Notes: generated by a model from the sequence alone, not told the origin. 58,437 nt of DNA from Octopus bimaculoides (GCF_001194135.2 NC_068981.1:161912429-161970865), one strand, 5' to 3'. Shown: positions 1 through 11,575, numbered from the stretch's first letter. Translations and numbers: made by a program.

Positions 1-115
1 ATATATATATAGTAACCATATGTTATATTGGCACAGTTCAGTACAATCCCATAAAACTGCTGTTGCAGGATGGAATCACCAGACCATAGCCAGCATAATA
101 AAATATGAACTTTTA

Positions 116-1240
116 TCAGGTCATCCCATAAGTTCTGTCTGATTTTACCTTTTTCAAAACTGAATGAAATTTAATAGTATTTTAAAATGTCTAATGGAAT
201 TAAAAATTATGTTTATGCATTTGTGTAGATTTAAACTAATTAAATATTATTTTACAGAATAATAGAATTAAAATCTCTTTGATTAAAACCCTTTCTAACA
301 TGGAAGTATCCAAACAGAATTTGAGGCACATAATGCTTTATGAGTACAAAGATGGAAACTCTGTAGCCGAAATGACTCGAAACATACACTCAGTTTATGG
401 GAAAGAATGCTTGAATGAAAGAACTTGCAGAAGATGGTTTACAAAATTCAGAAGTGGAGATTTCAGCCTTGAAGATGAAGATCGGACAGGACGTCCAGCT
501 GAGTTTGAGGATAAGCTCCTTGAGGCATTACTTGAAGAAAATCCTGCATTATCAGTTGAAGAGTTGGCAATAAGGCTTAGTTCAAACCATACAACTGTTC
601 ATCGTCATCTTCAACAACTTGGAAAGTTTCCTAAACTTGGAAAATATGAGTGCCTCATGAATTGTCCGAAAGCAACCGCAAATCCCGAGTTGATATCTAC
701 TCTTCTNNNNNNNNNNNNNNNNNNNNNNNNNNNNNNNNNNNNNNNNNNNNNNNNNNNNNNNNNNNNNNNNNNNNNNNNNNNNNNNNNNNNNNNNNNNNNN
801 NNNNNNNNNNNNNNNNNNNNNNNNNNNNNNNNNNNNNNNNNNNNNNNNNNNNNNNNNNNNNNNNNNNNNNNNNNNNNNNNNNNNNNNNNNNNNNNNNNNN
901 NNNNNNNNNNNNNNNNNNNNNNNNNNNNNNNNNNNNNNNNNNNNNNNNNNNNNNNNNNNNNNNNNNNNNNNNNNNCAAAGGAGTAATTCACTTTGAATTG
1001 TTACCACTTAATGCAACAATTCAATGCTCAAGTCTACCGTCAGCAATTAGAGCGCTTAAACCAAGCTTTGAAGAAAAAAAGACCTGCTTTAGTGAATCGA
1101 AAAGGAGTGACGTTTCATCAGGACAATGCATGACCCCACACTGCAAAGATCACATGATAGAAGATCGAAGAGCTTGGTTGGGAAAAAATTTCTCATCCAC
1201 CTTATTCTCCTGACCTTGCTCCTTCAGACTACCATTTGTT
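116..1240 (+). mobile_element. Mariner (Tc1/mariner) transposon remnant, frameshifted transposase, 3' truncated
   Basis: N-terminal HTH MEVSKQNLRHIMLYEY...RTCRRWFTKFRSGDFSLEDEDRTGRP; frameshifted VPHEL (WVPHEL motif) at ~650; KGVIHFELLP after the gap; FHQDNA*PH (~1105-1140); HPPYSPDLAPSDYHL (~1194-1238). TIR-like start TA|tcaggtcatcccataagttctgtc at 114-140. Confidence 0.92.
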
Positions 1241-1249
1241 ACTGCCACT

Positions 1250-1346
1250 GTTGATATCTAGGACTACGTTTTTATAGTCCTAGATATAACATAAACTCAT
1301 ATAACATACACCCTTACTTTTGTGAAGACAGTAAGGGTATATGTTA
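1250..1346. other. Two adjacent DNA hairpins at the point where the mariner breaks off
   Basis: atatctaggacta (1254-1266) / tagtcctagatat (1275-1287) perfect 13-bp stem; taacatacacccttact (1302-1318) / agtaagggtatatgtta (1330-1346) 16 of 17 paired. Confidence 0.8.
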
Positions 1347-2079
1347 CATCAGAGAGAAAGACTTGGCTATTATTTTGAGTAGGTCAAACAGCTACATGGA
1401 TATTACATTAGTATATATTACAAGAACACACATTTCAAACATATGACACTCACAATTTAATATTTCACATCACTATACTCTTTGTTCAAATCCCTCCCAC
1501 AAAAAAAAAAAAAATTCACTGCTAAGAAACAAAATGTATTGCATGCTATTATCACAGGTATGGTTGTTTTAAAGTTAGAGATTCACATACAAATTGTTGG
1601 AAGAAGCAAACTTTACAGTAGAGTGCTTTTCTTTTCTGAGAGAGTGGAGAGTTAAGTGGTTAGTACATGAGACAATCAAATGTCTAAATGCACAAGAAGT
1701 ACTAATGGTATTAAGGTTATCATTTTCTAGACTGTTAACCTTGGATTTAGACTTGCATATTTACAATATGAAATTTGCACTACATTTTGATCAGCTATGT
1801 TGAAGTTATGGAATCTGTGAATTGGTTATAAGAAGCATGTACTTTTCTCTGTAGATTGAATTTTGTTGTTTGAGCTGTATTTTATTTTCTGGTTTGTTTA
1901 GAACAAGGCATGTTCTGTGTCTGACACAATATGCTACCAGTGCTGTGTCAGTAGTTAGGCATGCATGTTGCTATAGCAGCATACTAATCCCTGAGTGGTT
2001 TAGCATTAGCTCAGTTCATATACATGTCAAGGAAAATTATCAGCATGAATTCACTTTGGTACCATACTAGGAAATGTTG

Positions 2080-2248
2080 GACCAAGGATCATGGGCAGAC
2101 AAACACAACATTCAAAAAACGCCTGCAGAAATACCAAACTCAGGACTTCATGGTTACTATCAAAGTGACAGAGCATACCATAAGCAATTTGAAGCTCAAA
2201 GAGGCCATTTTTATCAATAAACTGAAATTGGCAATTAACAACAGATGA
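2080..2248 (+). mobile_element. Penelope-like element, GIY-YIG endonuclease C-terminal remnant
   Basis: GQTNTTFKKRLQ resembles the GQT..R.KEH core; LKLKEAIFINKLKLAINNR resembles the typical PLE terminal KEAIFI..LKP.IN motif. Confidence 0.65.
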
Positions 2249-2418
2249 GCGTTACTTCCTCCTGCATATCTGAACAAATGGCACTAACTCCTCGATTTTC
2301 TTCTGATAAAAAGGTATTATTCAAAAACACAAGAATATAAGCTGGAATATAAACTAACTTGTCTTTACTTTTGTTTTCATTCTATGTTTCAGTTGACATT
2401 GCATTGAACAATTTTAAC

Positions 2419-2422
<4 letters not shown>

Positions 2423-2507
<85 letters not shown>

Positions 2508-2548
2508 GTATGTAAATACATACATACCTATATACACACGCCATGCGT

Positions 2549-2585
<37 letters not shown>

Positions 2586-2599
2586 TATATAAGCCTGCA

Positions 2600-2630
<31 letters not shown>

Positions 2631-2635
2631 GTGTA
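2423..2635. repeat. Compound microsatellite (TA)n-(TATG)n-(CA)n-(TG)n
   Basis: Directly visible. Confidence 0.97.
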
Positions 2636-3134
2636 TTTGTACGCATGGCGTGTGTCACTTGCAGATTTTTCACCATTTATATCAGAATATGCTGATTAAT
2701 CTATAGGCTTTAAGCTGGCTTTATAACATAGAGAAATAAATTTTCTCTTTATAGTATCTCTGATTTTACTCCTGACATGTAACAACTGATAGATAGATCT
2801 AGGGTCAACAGAAGCTCATCCATTCCATTCTTTAATGGCTTAGTAATTCTTAAAGAACGGCAAAAAAAAAAATAATAATGTGTAAGAAATATATGGTAAA
2901 GGGAGAATTCAAACTTGTAAGCAAGAATGTCAATCAATATTTACAGCCTGTTTAAAATATCATTGCAGTAATGGATCCAAGACATCTACAAAACTGTATA
3001 TCCATTTTGTGAAGGAAATACATTTCAAGAAATACTTTGCATGAATCTCATTGCCTCTATCTTTCTGTGAGAAAAGGTTTAATTCTAGACCAAAATAAAA
3101 ATGAATATACACACATATATATATATAAACAAAG

Positions 3135-3167
<33 letters not shown>

Positions 3168-3244
3168 GGTGGTGATGATGATGATGATGATGATGATGAT
3201 GACATATCTATATGTATATATGTGTGTGTTATTTCTTTACTATC

Positions 3245-3461
3245 CACAAGGGGCTACACACAGAGGGGACAAACAAGGACAGACAAATGGATTAAGTCGA
3301 TTATATCGACCCCAGTGCGTAACTGGTACTTATTTAATTGACCCCGAAAGGATGAAAGGCAAAGTCGACCTCGGCGGAATTTGAACTCAGAACGTAGCGG
3401 CAGACGAAATACCGCTAAGCATTTCGCCCGGCGTGCTAACGTTTCTGCCAGCTTGCTGCCT
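3245..3461 (-). mobile_element. SINE with Nin/Deu-like core, well-preserved copy
   Basis: Minus strand reads ggcagaaacgttagcacgccgggcgaaatgcttagcgg...gttcaaattccgccgaggtcgactttgcctttcatcctttcggggtcaattaaataagtaccag; the gcctttcatccttYcgRggtcgataaa motif matches the Nin/Deu SINE core as I recall it; CpGs retained. Confidence 0.8.
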
Positions 3462-3478
3462 TAATGTATGTATATATG

Positions 3479-3509
<31 letters not shown>

Positions 3510-4067
3510 AGATAGATATATGTGTGTATACACACGCATACACATATACGCACACATTATGTAGATATTCAAATATTCGTGTGTGTTAGTGTATTATTTG
3601 TGTATACTTTAGGTCATTTGGAGAGTAATTACATATTCCAATGCCATAAATTATAAGTCAACCAATGAAGGTGTGATAACACTTAAATGGTAGAAAGTGA
3701 TCACTAAATCTAGTTTATCATCTCTTCTATCTGTCAATGTGTCACTGATAGAGAAGTATAAAGTATAACCTCATAAAAATTAAAGACTTTAAAGAGCAAC
3801 ATATTTGCCATTGCTTATAGTATAGATTTTAAAAGGGTAATGCTTCTACATAGGCAATGAAAAGCATCTCTGGAGTATATTCTGGTGTAGTGATGGTTTG
3901 TAATTTTCAGCTGTGCTTTCAATAATTCCTTTTGAAAGGATCAAAACCAGCTCTTTGTAATTGCCATTGATATTTGTATAAATTCATTGAGGATCTGTTT
4001 TCTGTGTGTTTAAAGGAATATATGTGCAGGTAAAATCTTACCTTAAAGCTATTTCCTGTGGTTTCAG

Positions 4068-4122
4068 AATAAGTTTTATGTGTAGGGTTACTATCAATTT
4101 GGATCTCAGCACCTTTGATCAG
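4068..4122 (+). CDS. Candidate host exon (55 nt, ISFMCRVTINLDLSTFDQ)
   Basis: Acceptor ttcctgtggtttcag, donor CAG|gtaatt, one open frame. No recognised homology; a competing minus-strand reading with donor AAG|gtaaga overlaps it. Confidence 0.2.
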
Positions 4123-4849
4123 GTAATTGCCATTAAGGAGGCTGTTACTGGAATTTTTACTTGCACTTTGAATGATCCTTATATTCATTACATTTATTGA
4201 ATTTGCTCACATTATGCTAGGTAGCAAATGAGACAAATTTCTTCCTGCATTAATATCTAATTTTCAGGATTCTCCTGTTAAATATTCTATAATACCCCAT
4301 GGAAAAATGTCTGGATACTAAATTTTAAAATGATCTAGCAACATTAGTTTTGACATTTATACTAAATGCTGGGTTGAACCACAAAACTTTCTAGAGATAG
4401 TTCTGCTAATTATAGCTATTTTGATCTTAGCCAAGTTTATAAATCTATGCTTAGGGTTGCTCCTAAAACTAACTTTGGCCCTTAAGGGTAATAAAAGGTC
4501 TCATTGGGGGAAGATATTCTACTCTATTACTGACATTAAGATTCATTGTGGTTGTTTTGCTTCAAGATTCACTTCATTCTATAAACTTTTGTCTGCCTTC
4601 TTATATATATATATATATTTACATAATGGACAGAACATTTCATGGCAGGTTAATCCAAGACTCTGCTATAAATAGCAAATAGTTTCATTATATAGTCACA
4701 GACAATAAATGTATGTAGCAAATTTTACAATATATGGAATGATGACAATAGATAAATATAAATTCAGAAAAAGAATACAATAAAATAAAGTAAATAAAAT
4801 ACATCAAGAGTAAAATAAAAATATCTGCCACAATTACGATTTCAGTTGA

Positions 4850-5065
4850 CCTCATGGGTCTTATTCTCAAGCACGGTATATTGCCAAATGTCATGGTCAT
4901 TTGTCATTGCCTTTGTGAGGCCCAACATTCAAAAGGTGCTTTTTACATGCCACCAGCATGGGTGCTAGTTACATGACATTGGCATTGACCACATTGCCTC
5001 CATGAGGCCCAACACTCAAGAGATGTTTTTTACATGCCACCGGCATCAGCCTTGACTACAATTTC
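4850..5065 (-). mobile_element. RTE LINE 3' fragment
   Basis: gcattgcc...gaggcccaacattc and ggtgctttttacatgccacc subrepeats shared with RTE pieces at 27.0-27.6 kb and 29.4-30.0 kb. Confidence 0.65.
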
Positions 5066-5074
5066 ACTTATATA

Positions 5075-5110
<36 letters not shown>

Positions 5111-5143
5111 TGTATGTATGTATGTATGTATGTATGTATATGT

Positions 5144-5920
5144 AAGCTCGCACGGAATGAAGCCAGTATGCTCCGTTGGATGTGTAATGTCAATGTGAAT
5201 ACCCNNNNNNNNNNNNNNNNNNNNNNNNNNNNNNNNNNNNNNNNNNNNNNNNNNNNNNNNNNNNNNNNNNNNNNNNNNNNNNNNNNNNNNNNNNNNNNNN
5301 NNNNNNNNNNNNNNNNNNNNNNNNNNNNNNNNNNNNNNNNNNNNNNNNNNNNNNNNNNNNNNNNNNNNNNNNNNNNNNNNNNNNNNNNNNNNNNNNNNNN
5401 NNNNNNNNNNNNNNNNNNNNNNNNNNNNNNNNNNNNNNNNNNNNNNNNNNNNNNNNNNNNNNNNNNNNNNNNNNNNNNNNNNNNNNNNNNNNNNNNNNNN
5501 NNNNNNNNNNNNNNNNNNNNNNNNNNNNNNNNNNNNNNNNNNNNNNNNNNNNNNNNNNNNNNNNNNNNNNNNNNNNNNNNNNNNNNNNNNNNNNNNNNNN
5601 NNNNNNNNNNNNNNNNNNNNNNNNNNNNNNNNNNNNNNNNNNNNNNNNNNNNNNNNNNNNNNNNNNNNNNNNNNNNNNNNNNNNNNNNNNNNAAGACACC
5701 ATTTCGAGCGTGGCCGTTTTCGTGCGGGTGACACGTAAAAGCACCCACTACACTCTCTGAGTGGTTGGCATTAGGAAGGGCATCCAGCTGTAGAAACTCT
5801 GACAAATTAGACTGGAGCCTGGTGTTGCCATCCGGTTTCACCAGTCCTCAGTCAAATCGTCCAACCCATGCTAGCATGGAAAACGGACGTTAAACGATGA
5901 TGATGATGATGATGATGATG
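5144..5920 (+). mobile_element. RTE LINE 3' end (RT C-terminus, gap, 3' UTR, (GAT)n tail)
   Basis: KLARNEASMLRWMCNVNV before the gap; taggaagggcatccagctgtagaaactc...gcatggaaaacggacgttaaacgatgatgat after it. Confidence 0.88.
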
Positions 5921-5999
5921 TGTATGTGTATGTATGTATGTATGTGTGTTTGTATGTATATGTATATGTATATATGCATGTATACATACATAGAGGAAA

Positions 6000-6215
6000 G
6001 TGGGTTAGTGGTAAGGGCGTTGTTCATTGATCATAAGATTGTGGTTTCGATTCCTTGACTGGAATTCTTGAATAAGAGACTTCATTTCACATTGTTCCAG
6101 TCCACTCAGCTGGTAAAAATGAATAATCTCTGTGACATACTGGCATCCAGAGGAGGGAGTATGTACCCTACAGAATCTGGGAAATTGACCTTATGAACCT
6201 GTGGTTTAGGAAGAA
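6000..6215 (+). mobile_element. tRNA-headed SINE, degenerate (Meta-like core)
   Basis: A-box-like gggttagtgg, B-box ggtttcgattcc, body cacattgttccagtccactcagctgg; same family on the minus strand at ~20.6-20.8 kb. Confidence 0.6.
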
Positions 6216-6237
6216 CCTTTCATCCTTTTCTTTTTTG

Positions 6238-6660
6238 AGGCTGTATGGTAAGAAGCTTGCTTCCTAACCACATGGATCTGGGTTCAGTCTCATTGTGTGG
6301 CACCTTGGGCGAGTGTCTTCTACAATAGCCTTGGGCCAACCAAAGTCTTGTGAGTAGATTTGATAGATGGAAACTGAAAGAAGCTCATTGCATATATATA
6401 AAACTATTATCTCGCTGACATACTACGACGAAATCGCAAGATGCAGATAAGATAGNNNNNNNNNNAAAGCGGACGTTAAACGATGATGATGATGATGATG
6501 ATATATATATCAACATGTGTGTGTCTTTGTGTCTGTGCTTGTCCTTACCAAATCAGCAAAAGAGACTGATAGAATAAGTACCAGGTTTAGAAAAAAAGTA
6601 CTGGGGTCAATTCATTTTAGTAAAAATTCTTCAAGGCAGTGCCCCAGCATGGCTACAGTA
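6238..6660 (+). mobile_element. CORE-like SINE interrupted by other sequence and an RTE tail
   Basis: ggctgtatggtaagaagcttgcttcctaaccacatgg...caccttgggcgagtg...ggaaactgaaagaagc; 3' half resumes at ~6520. Confidence 0.75.
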
Positions 6661-7003
6661 TGTATTTTTTATTGATATGATATTGGCAGATGTAATACAA
6701 AAAATGTGTGTTTGGTAAGATTTAAATGCAGAAATTGGACATATGATAGTATTTAGTATTGTGAGGCATTTTGTCTGGTACTCTATGATTCCTGTCACTC
6801 TGCTGTCTTTTCTTTAAATATAAAGGAATCTACAAGGATGAGTCAGAATGTAATGCAATTTTTATATATGGTACTTTTTGACTTACCATTGTATATAAAA
6901 GAGTGAATCAAAAAATTATGCAAAAAAAAAAAGAAAAACTGCATTACTTTCTGACTAACCCCATATAAAAATAAGGGATGTGTGTTGGTTGTTTAAACAA
7001 GTA

Positions 7004-7224
7004 TAGGCGCAGGAGTGGCTGTGTGGTAAGTAGCTTGCTTATCAACCACATGGTTCTGGGTTCAGTCCCACTGCGTGGCATCTTGGGCAAGTGTTTTCTA
7101 CTATAGCCTCGGGCCGACCAAAGCCTTGTGAGTGGATTTGGTAGACGGAAACTGAAAAGAAGCCCGTCGTATATGTGTATATATATATATATATATATGT
7201 GTGTGNNNNNNNNNNGTATATGTG

Positions 7225-7272
<48 letters not shown>

Positions 7273-7480
7273 TGTGTTTATGTGTCTGTGTTTGTCCCCC
7301 CACCATCGCTTGACAACTGATGCTGGTGTGTATATGTCCCTGTCACTTAGCGGTTCAGCAATAGAGACTGATAGAATAAGTACTAGGCTTACAAAGAATA
7401 AGTCCCATGGTCGATTTGCTTGACTAAAGGCGGTGCTCCAGCATGGCTGCAGTCAACTGGCTGAAACAAGTAAAAGAGTA
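7004..7480 (+). mobile_element. Full-length tRNA-headed CORE-like SINE with internal (TA)n(TG)n microsatellite
   Basis: ggcgcaggagtggctgtgtggtaag (A box), gggttcagtccc (B box), cttgggcaagt CORE-like motif, internal microsatellite, 3' half gtcccccc...ggcggtgctccagcatggctgcagtc...gaaacaagtaaaagagtaaa. Confidence 0.9.
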
Positions 7481-8139
7481 AAGTCTGGTAAAAGGATAGG
7501 GTGTAATATACTTATGGTTAATATGAGTATCGAAGAAATCCAAACAGTCTTAGCAAAGTCAGAGTTGTAGTAGTAGGGACAATTTTGCTGACAAGAGCTT
7601 AAGGAAATACAAAGTGAATATGAAGAAGAACGATTATGTTAATAACCAGTTTATGCTTCAAATATTAACGATTGTAATGAGGCGGGAATCGATTTTTATT
7701 TCACCAAAGACTATTTAGTATCTGCGAGATAGAAGGATGCAGAAGATCATCAGCCAGTGTAAAGCAATTTAATGTAGAATTTAGGAAATGTGTGCATGTA
7801 TGCATGAACATGAGTGTGTGCATGTATGTGAGTGTGTGTGTGAGTGTGTGTGGATGCATGTCTGTGTGTATGTGTAACTGTAAGGTACTGTTAGCAGCTG
7901 ATGAAAATCTGTTTGATGTTCTGTTAAAGCCGAGATTAATTTTCTCATAGACAATGAATAAGGTTAATTGGAGCTGGCACCATAGAATCCATAGAAGAAG
8001 AAATATGAAGCTTAAGGTGAGCAAAATGTATGAGTTAGCTTTGACTCCCAGTGAAAGCAATTCCACTTCTGGTGCCAATAAGAAAACCTTTTGAACATCA
8101 TTTCAGTCTTTTTTTCTGTCTTATATAAATACATTTTCT

Positions 8140-8350
8140 GAAGGCAGTGAACTGGCAGAGTTGCAACCATGCTGGACAAAATGCTTTGTGGCATCTCTTC
8201 AAGCTTTATGTTCTGAGTTCAAATTCTGCTGAGGTCAACTTGCCTTTCACCTTTTCAGTGTCAATAAAATAAGAACCAGTCAAACACTGGGATTGATGTG
8301 ATCCACAAGCTTCCTCCCTCAAAATTTTCAGGCCTTGTGTCTATAATAGA

Positions 8351-8399
<49 letters not shown>
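8140..8399 (+). mobile_element. Nin/Deu-like SINE ending in (ATT)n tail
   Basis: gagttcaaattctgctgaggtcaacttgcctttcaccttttcagtgtcaataaaataag...ggccttgtgtctataatagaaag(tat)n. Confidence 0.8.
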
Positions 8400-9330
8400 G
8401 AGTGAGCGAGTAGAGCGTGCCATCAAAGTGACCCTGGGGTAAAATATACGAAGTCCAGTATACCCATCATGACTATCCGTTTGATAAGGGTACACCAGGC
8501 ACATGCATCACAACCATATGTGCATGACATGGTGATCTCATATCAAGATAAACAGTGCATGACCTCGCAGGTGGGGCCCAGTTAGAATTTTCTTCAGGTC
8601 CAGTAGCCCATCCNNNNNNNNNNNNNNNNNNNNNNNNNNNNNNNNNNNNNNNNNNNNNNNNNNNNNNNNNNNNNNNNNNNNNNNNNNNNNNNNNNNNNNN
8701 NNNNNNNNNNNNNNNNNNNNNNNNNNNNNNNNNNNNNNNNNNNNNNNNNNNNNNNNNNNNNNNNNNNNNNNNNNNNNNNNNNNNNNNNNNNNNNNNNNNN
8801 NNNNNNNNNNNNNNNNNNNNNNNNNNNNNNNNNNNNNNNNNNNNNNNNNNNNNNNNNNNNNNNNNNNNNNNNNNNNNNNNNNNNNNNNNNNNNNNNNNNN
8901 NNNNNNNNNNNNNNNNNNNNNNNNNNNNNNNNNNNNNNNNNNNNNNNNNNNNNNNNNNNNNNNNNNNNNNNNNNNNNNNNNNNNNNNNNNNNNNNNNNNN
9001 NNNNNNNNNNNNNNNNNNNNNNNNNNNNNNNNNNNNNNNNNNNNNNNNNNNNNNNNNNNNNNNNNNNNNNNNNNNNNNNNNNNNNNNNNNNNNNNNNNNN
9101 NNNNNNNNNNNNNTTCTGCTCATGATCAGAGATGCACATATCATCAGCCACCAAAGGACATGCTCAACTGGTTAAGGTCAAACAACTGACAAGCAAATCT
9201 GTGGTATTGAGCAGAATATTTGCTGTAGCCCATCTTTTATACCAAGACAAAACAATGTACATGATAACACTTCCAATCAATTAAGATTAGAAGCCATGAG
9301 AGCCACTGTCTGGTACTGCATCCGGGCATT
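8400..9330 (-). mobile_element. Non-coding repeat flanked by (AAT)n, copy 1 (contains a gap)
   Basis: Highly similar to 55584-56150 at both ends; (ATT)n on the left, (ATT/GTT)n on the right. Confidence 0.85.
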
Positions 9331-9427
9331 GTTATTATTGTTATTATTATTGTTGTTGTTGTTGTTGTTATTGTTGTTGTTGTTGTTGTTATTGTTGTTG
9401 TTATTGTTGTTGTTGTTGTTGTTGTTG

Positions 9428-9458
<31 letters not shown>

Positions 9459-9465
9459 AGCTATA

Positions 9466-9760
9466 GCTATGTGTTGAGAGGAGTTCTGTGGGTTTGAATA
9501 ATTCACCTCTGAAAACATGAGTGTCTAGTTTAACATCCTTAAACAACCTTTATTCAAGGACCTTTTGAGTGGGATGGGCTACCCGACCTGGAGAAAATTT
9601 TAAGTGGGCCCCCACTTGCAAGGTCATGTGCTTATCTTGATATGAGATCACATTTTGTGCAAATATGGTTGTGATGCATATACCTGGTCATGATGGGTAT
9701 AGTGGGCTTTCTGTATTTGCACCCCAATGTCACTTTGATGGCATGCACTGCTCTCTCACT
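9466..9760 (+). mobile_element. Partial inverted copy of the (AAT)n-flanked element
   Basis: Reverse complement of 8400-8613 and 55584-55900 sequence; ends ctctctcact followed by (AAT)n. Confidence 0.85.
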
Positions 9761-9788
9761 GAAAAATAATAATAATAAAAATAACAAC

Positions 9789-9840
<52 letters not shown>

Positions 9841-9849
9841 TTAGATATT

Positions 9850-10460
9850 ATGACTGAAAAATGGCATGGAAAACCTCTCAATGGCAAATACCCAAAGAGA
9901 GCGAATAATGCAGATATTGACAAAGCCCTTACCCATCAATGGCTAATGGCCTCTGGCTTGAAATCAGAAACAGAGGGGTTTATCATAGCAGCCCAAGATC
10001 AATGCCTACCTACAAAGAACTACCAGGCCAACATATTAAAGAACGGCAGCTCCCCATNNNNNNNNNNNNNNNNNNNNNNNNNNNNNNNNNNNNNNNNNNN
10101 NNNNAAAACAATACTTATTGTCATAGGTGCCCTGGGAATGACAGCGAAACGGGCTGATTACTACCTAGTTCAGATACCAGGAAACCCCAAAATGGCTGAA
10201 GTTCAAAAGATAGTGCTCATGGGAACTGCCCATATCCTACGTAAAATACTGTTTATGTGATCTCAAATTTTAAAACAAACACATAATTTTCTTATGGTTT
10301 CTTAAACATTCACTTGAACAAAACTGTACAAATCCAAATATATGGTACCCTAGGCATAACACCTACATGAACTTCTAACTTGTCTCTTGAGGTCTCTGGG
10401 TGAGACTTGGATCCAACTTGTACAAATGCAAAACAAAAGTCAAACATAAAATAATAATAA
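9850..10460 (+). mobile_element. R4/Dong-like RLE non-LTR retrotransposon, 5'-truncated C-terminus plus 3' UTR, between (AAT)n tracts
   Basis: KWHGKPLNGKY...HQWLMASGLKSETEGFIIAAQDQCLPTKNY and IVIGALG...VQKIVLMGTAHILRKIL; (AAT)n at 9765-9843 and ~10450. Confidence 0.88.
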
Positions 10461-10664
10461 TAATAATAATGATGATGAAAAGTGTAATGCAGGTAACAAT
10501 GATTTATAATGGTGATAGTGATGGTGAGTAGTTGAGATGATGGTGATGAAATTTTCAAAATATAAAATATAAAGGAGAATGATTATCAAATAATGAAGTA
10601 AAAATAAGATTTATCAAGAAGTGGCAGCATTAACAGCAGCAAAAACAGCAGCAATAATATCTCC

Positions 10665-10698
<34 letters not shown>

Positions 10699-11284
10699 GT
10701 AGCAGCAGCAGTGGCAGCAGTTGGTGATGTACTGAGAAAATCTTTTGTAATTTCCTGTCAGATGCACATTCAAAAACTGTTGGTGATGCTTGCTGCATTT
10801 AGACAGATAGACAAACAGACACACAGACACAGAGATTTACGTAAGAGCAGACAAGTCTGTATATGTATGTATGTGTGTGTGCGTATACACACGCATACAC
10901 ACACCGTATGGTAAGGCTTTAACAAGTGAAATAGCACTCAATCAACTAAGAGAGTAAAGATAATGTTATAATGAAAACCACAAATCTTGTGAAATACAGC
11001 TACCCAGGGTCTTCTCAAAATTTATTTTGCTATCTATCAAGCTGATAAGAACAAGACTGTTTGTCAGTTGCTTTCAAAGCAGCTGACATTTGAACAAGGA
11101 ACATTCAGAAGGAAGAAGACAGAAAGAAACATAAAAAACTCAGCGAAGATAACCATTGTTACAATGAACATACGTCAAAAATATGTAATGAGATCAGAAT
11201 AGTCTTTAAGATGTGTTTGGTGGTTTTTCTTCAAATTCTGCTAAACTGTATTTTTTAATCTATGGACACTGATGTGGACACATA

Positions 11285-11449
11285 GGCACAGGCATGGCTG
11301 TGTAGTAAGAAGCTTACTTCTCAACCCACATGGTTCTGGGTTCAGTACCACTGCATGGTACCTTGGACAAGTGTCTTCTACTATATAGCCTTGAGCTGAC
11401 CAAAGCTTTGTGAGTGGATTTAGTAGACAGAAACTGAAAGAAGCCTGTC

Positions 11450-11489
<40 letters not shown>

Positions 11490-11493
11490 TGTG

Positions 11494-11531
<38 letters not shown>

Positions 11532-11539
11532 TGTGGTGT

Positions 11540-11575
<36 letters not shown>

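Noticed and set aside
2359-2699. ORFs of alternating residues (YIYI, HTHT, CVCV) here and throughout
   Set aside because: Translations of (TA)n, (CA)n and (TG)n microsatellites.
3911-4029. Possible exon ttttcag|...|gtaaaa
   Set aside because: Stops in all three frames.
7950-8015. Possible exon TMNKVNWSWHHRIHRRRNMKLK with donor gtgagc
   Set aside because: Weak acceptor and no recognisable homology; cannot be distinguished from chance.
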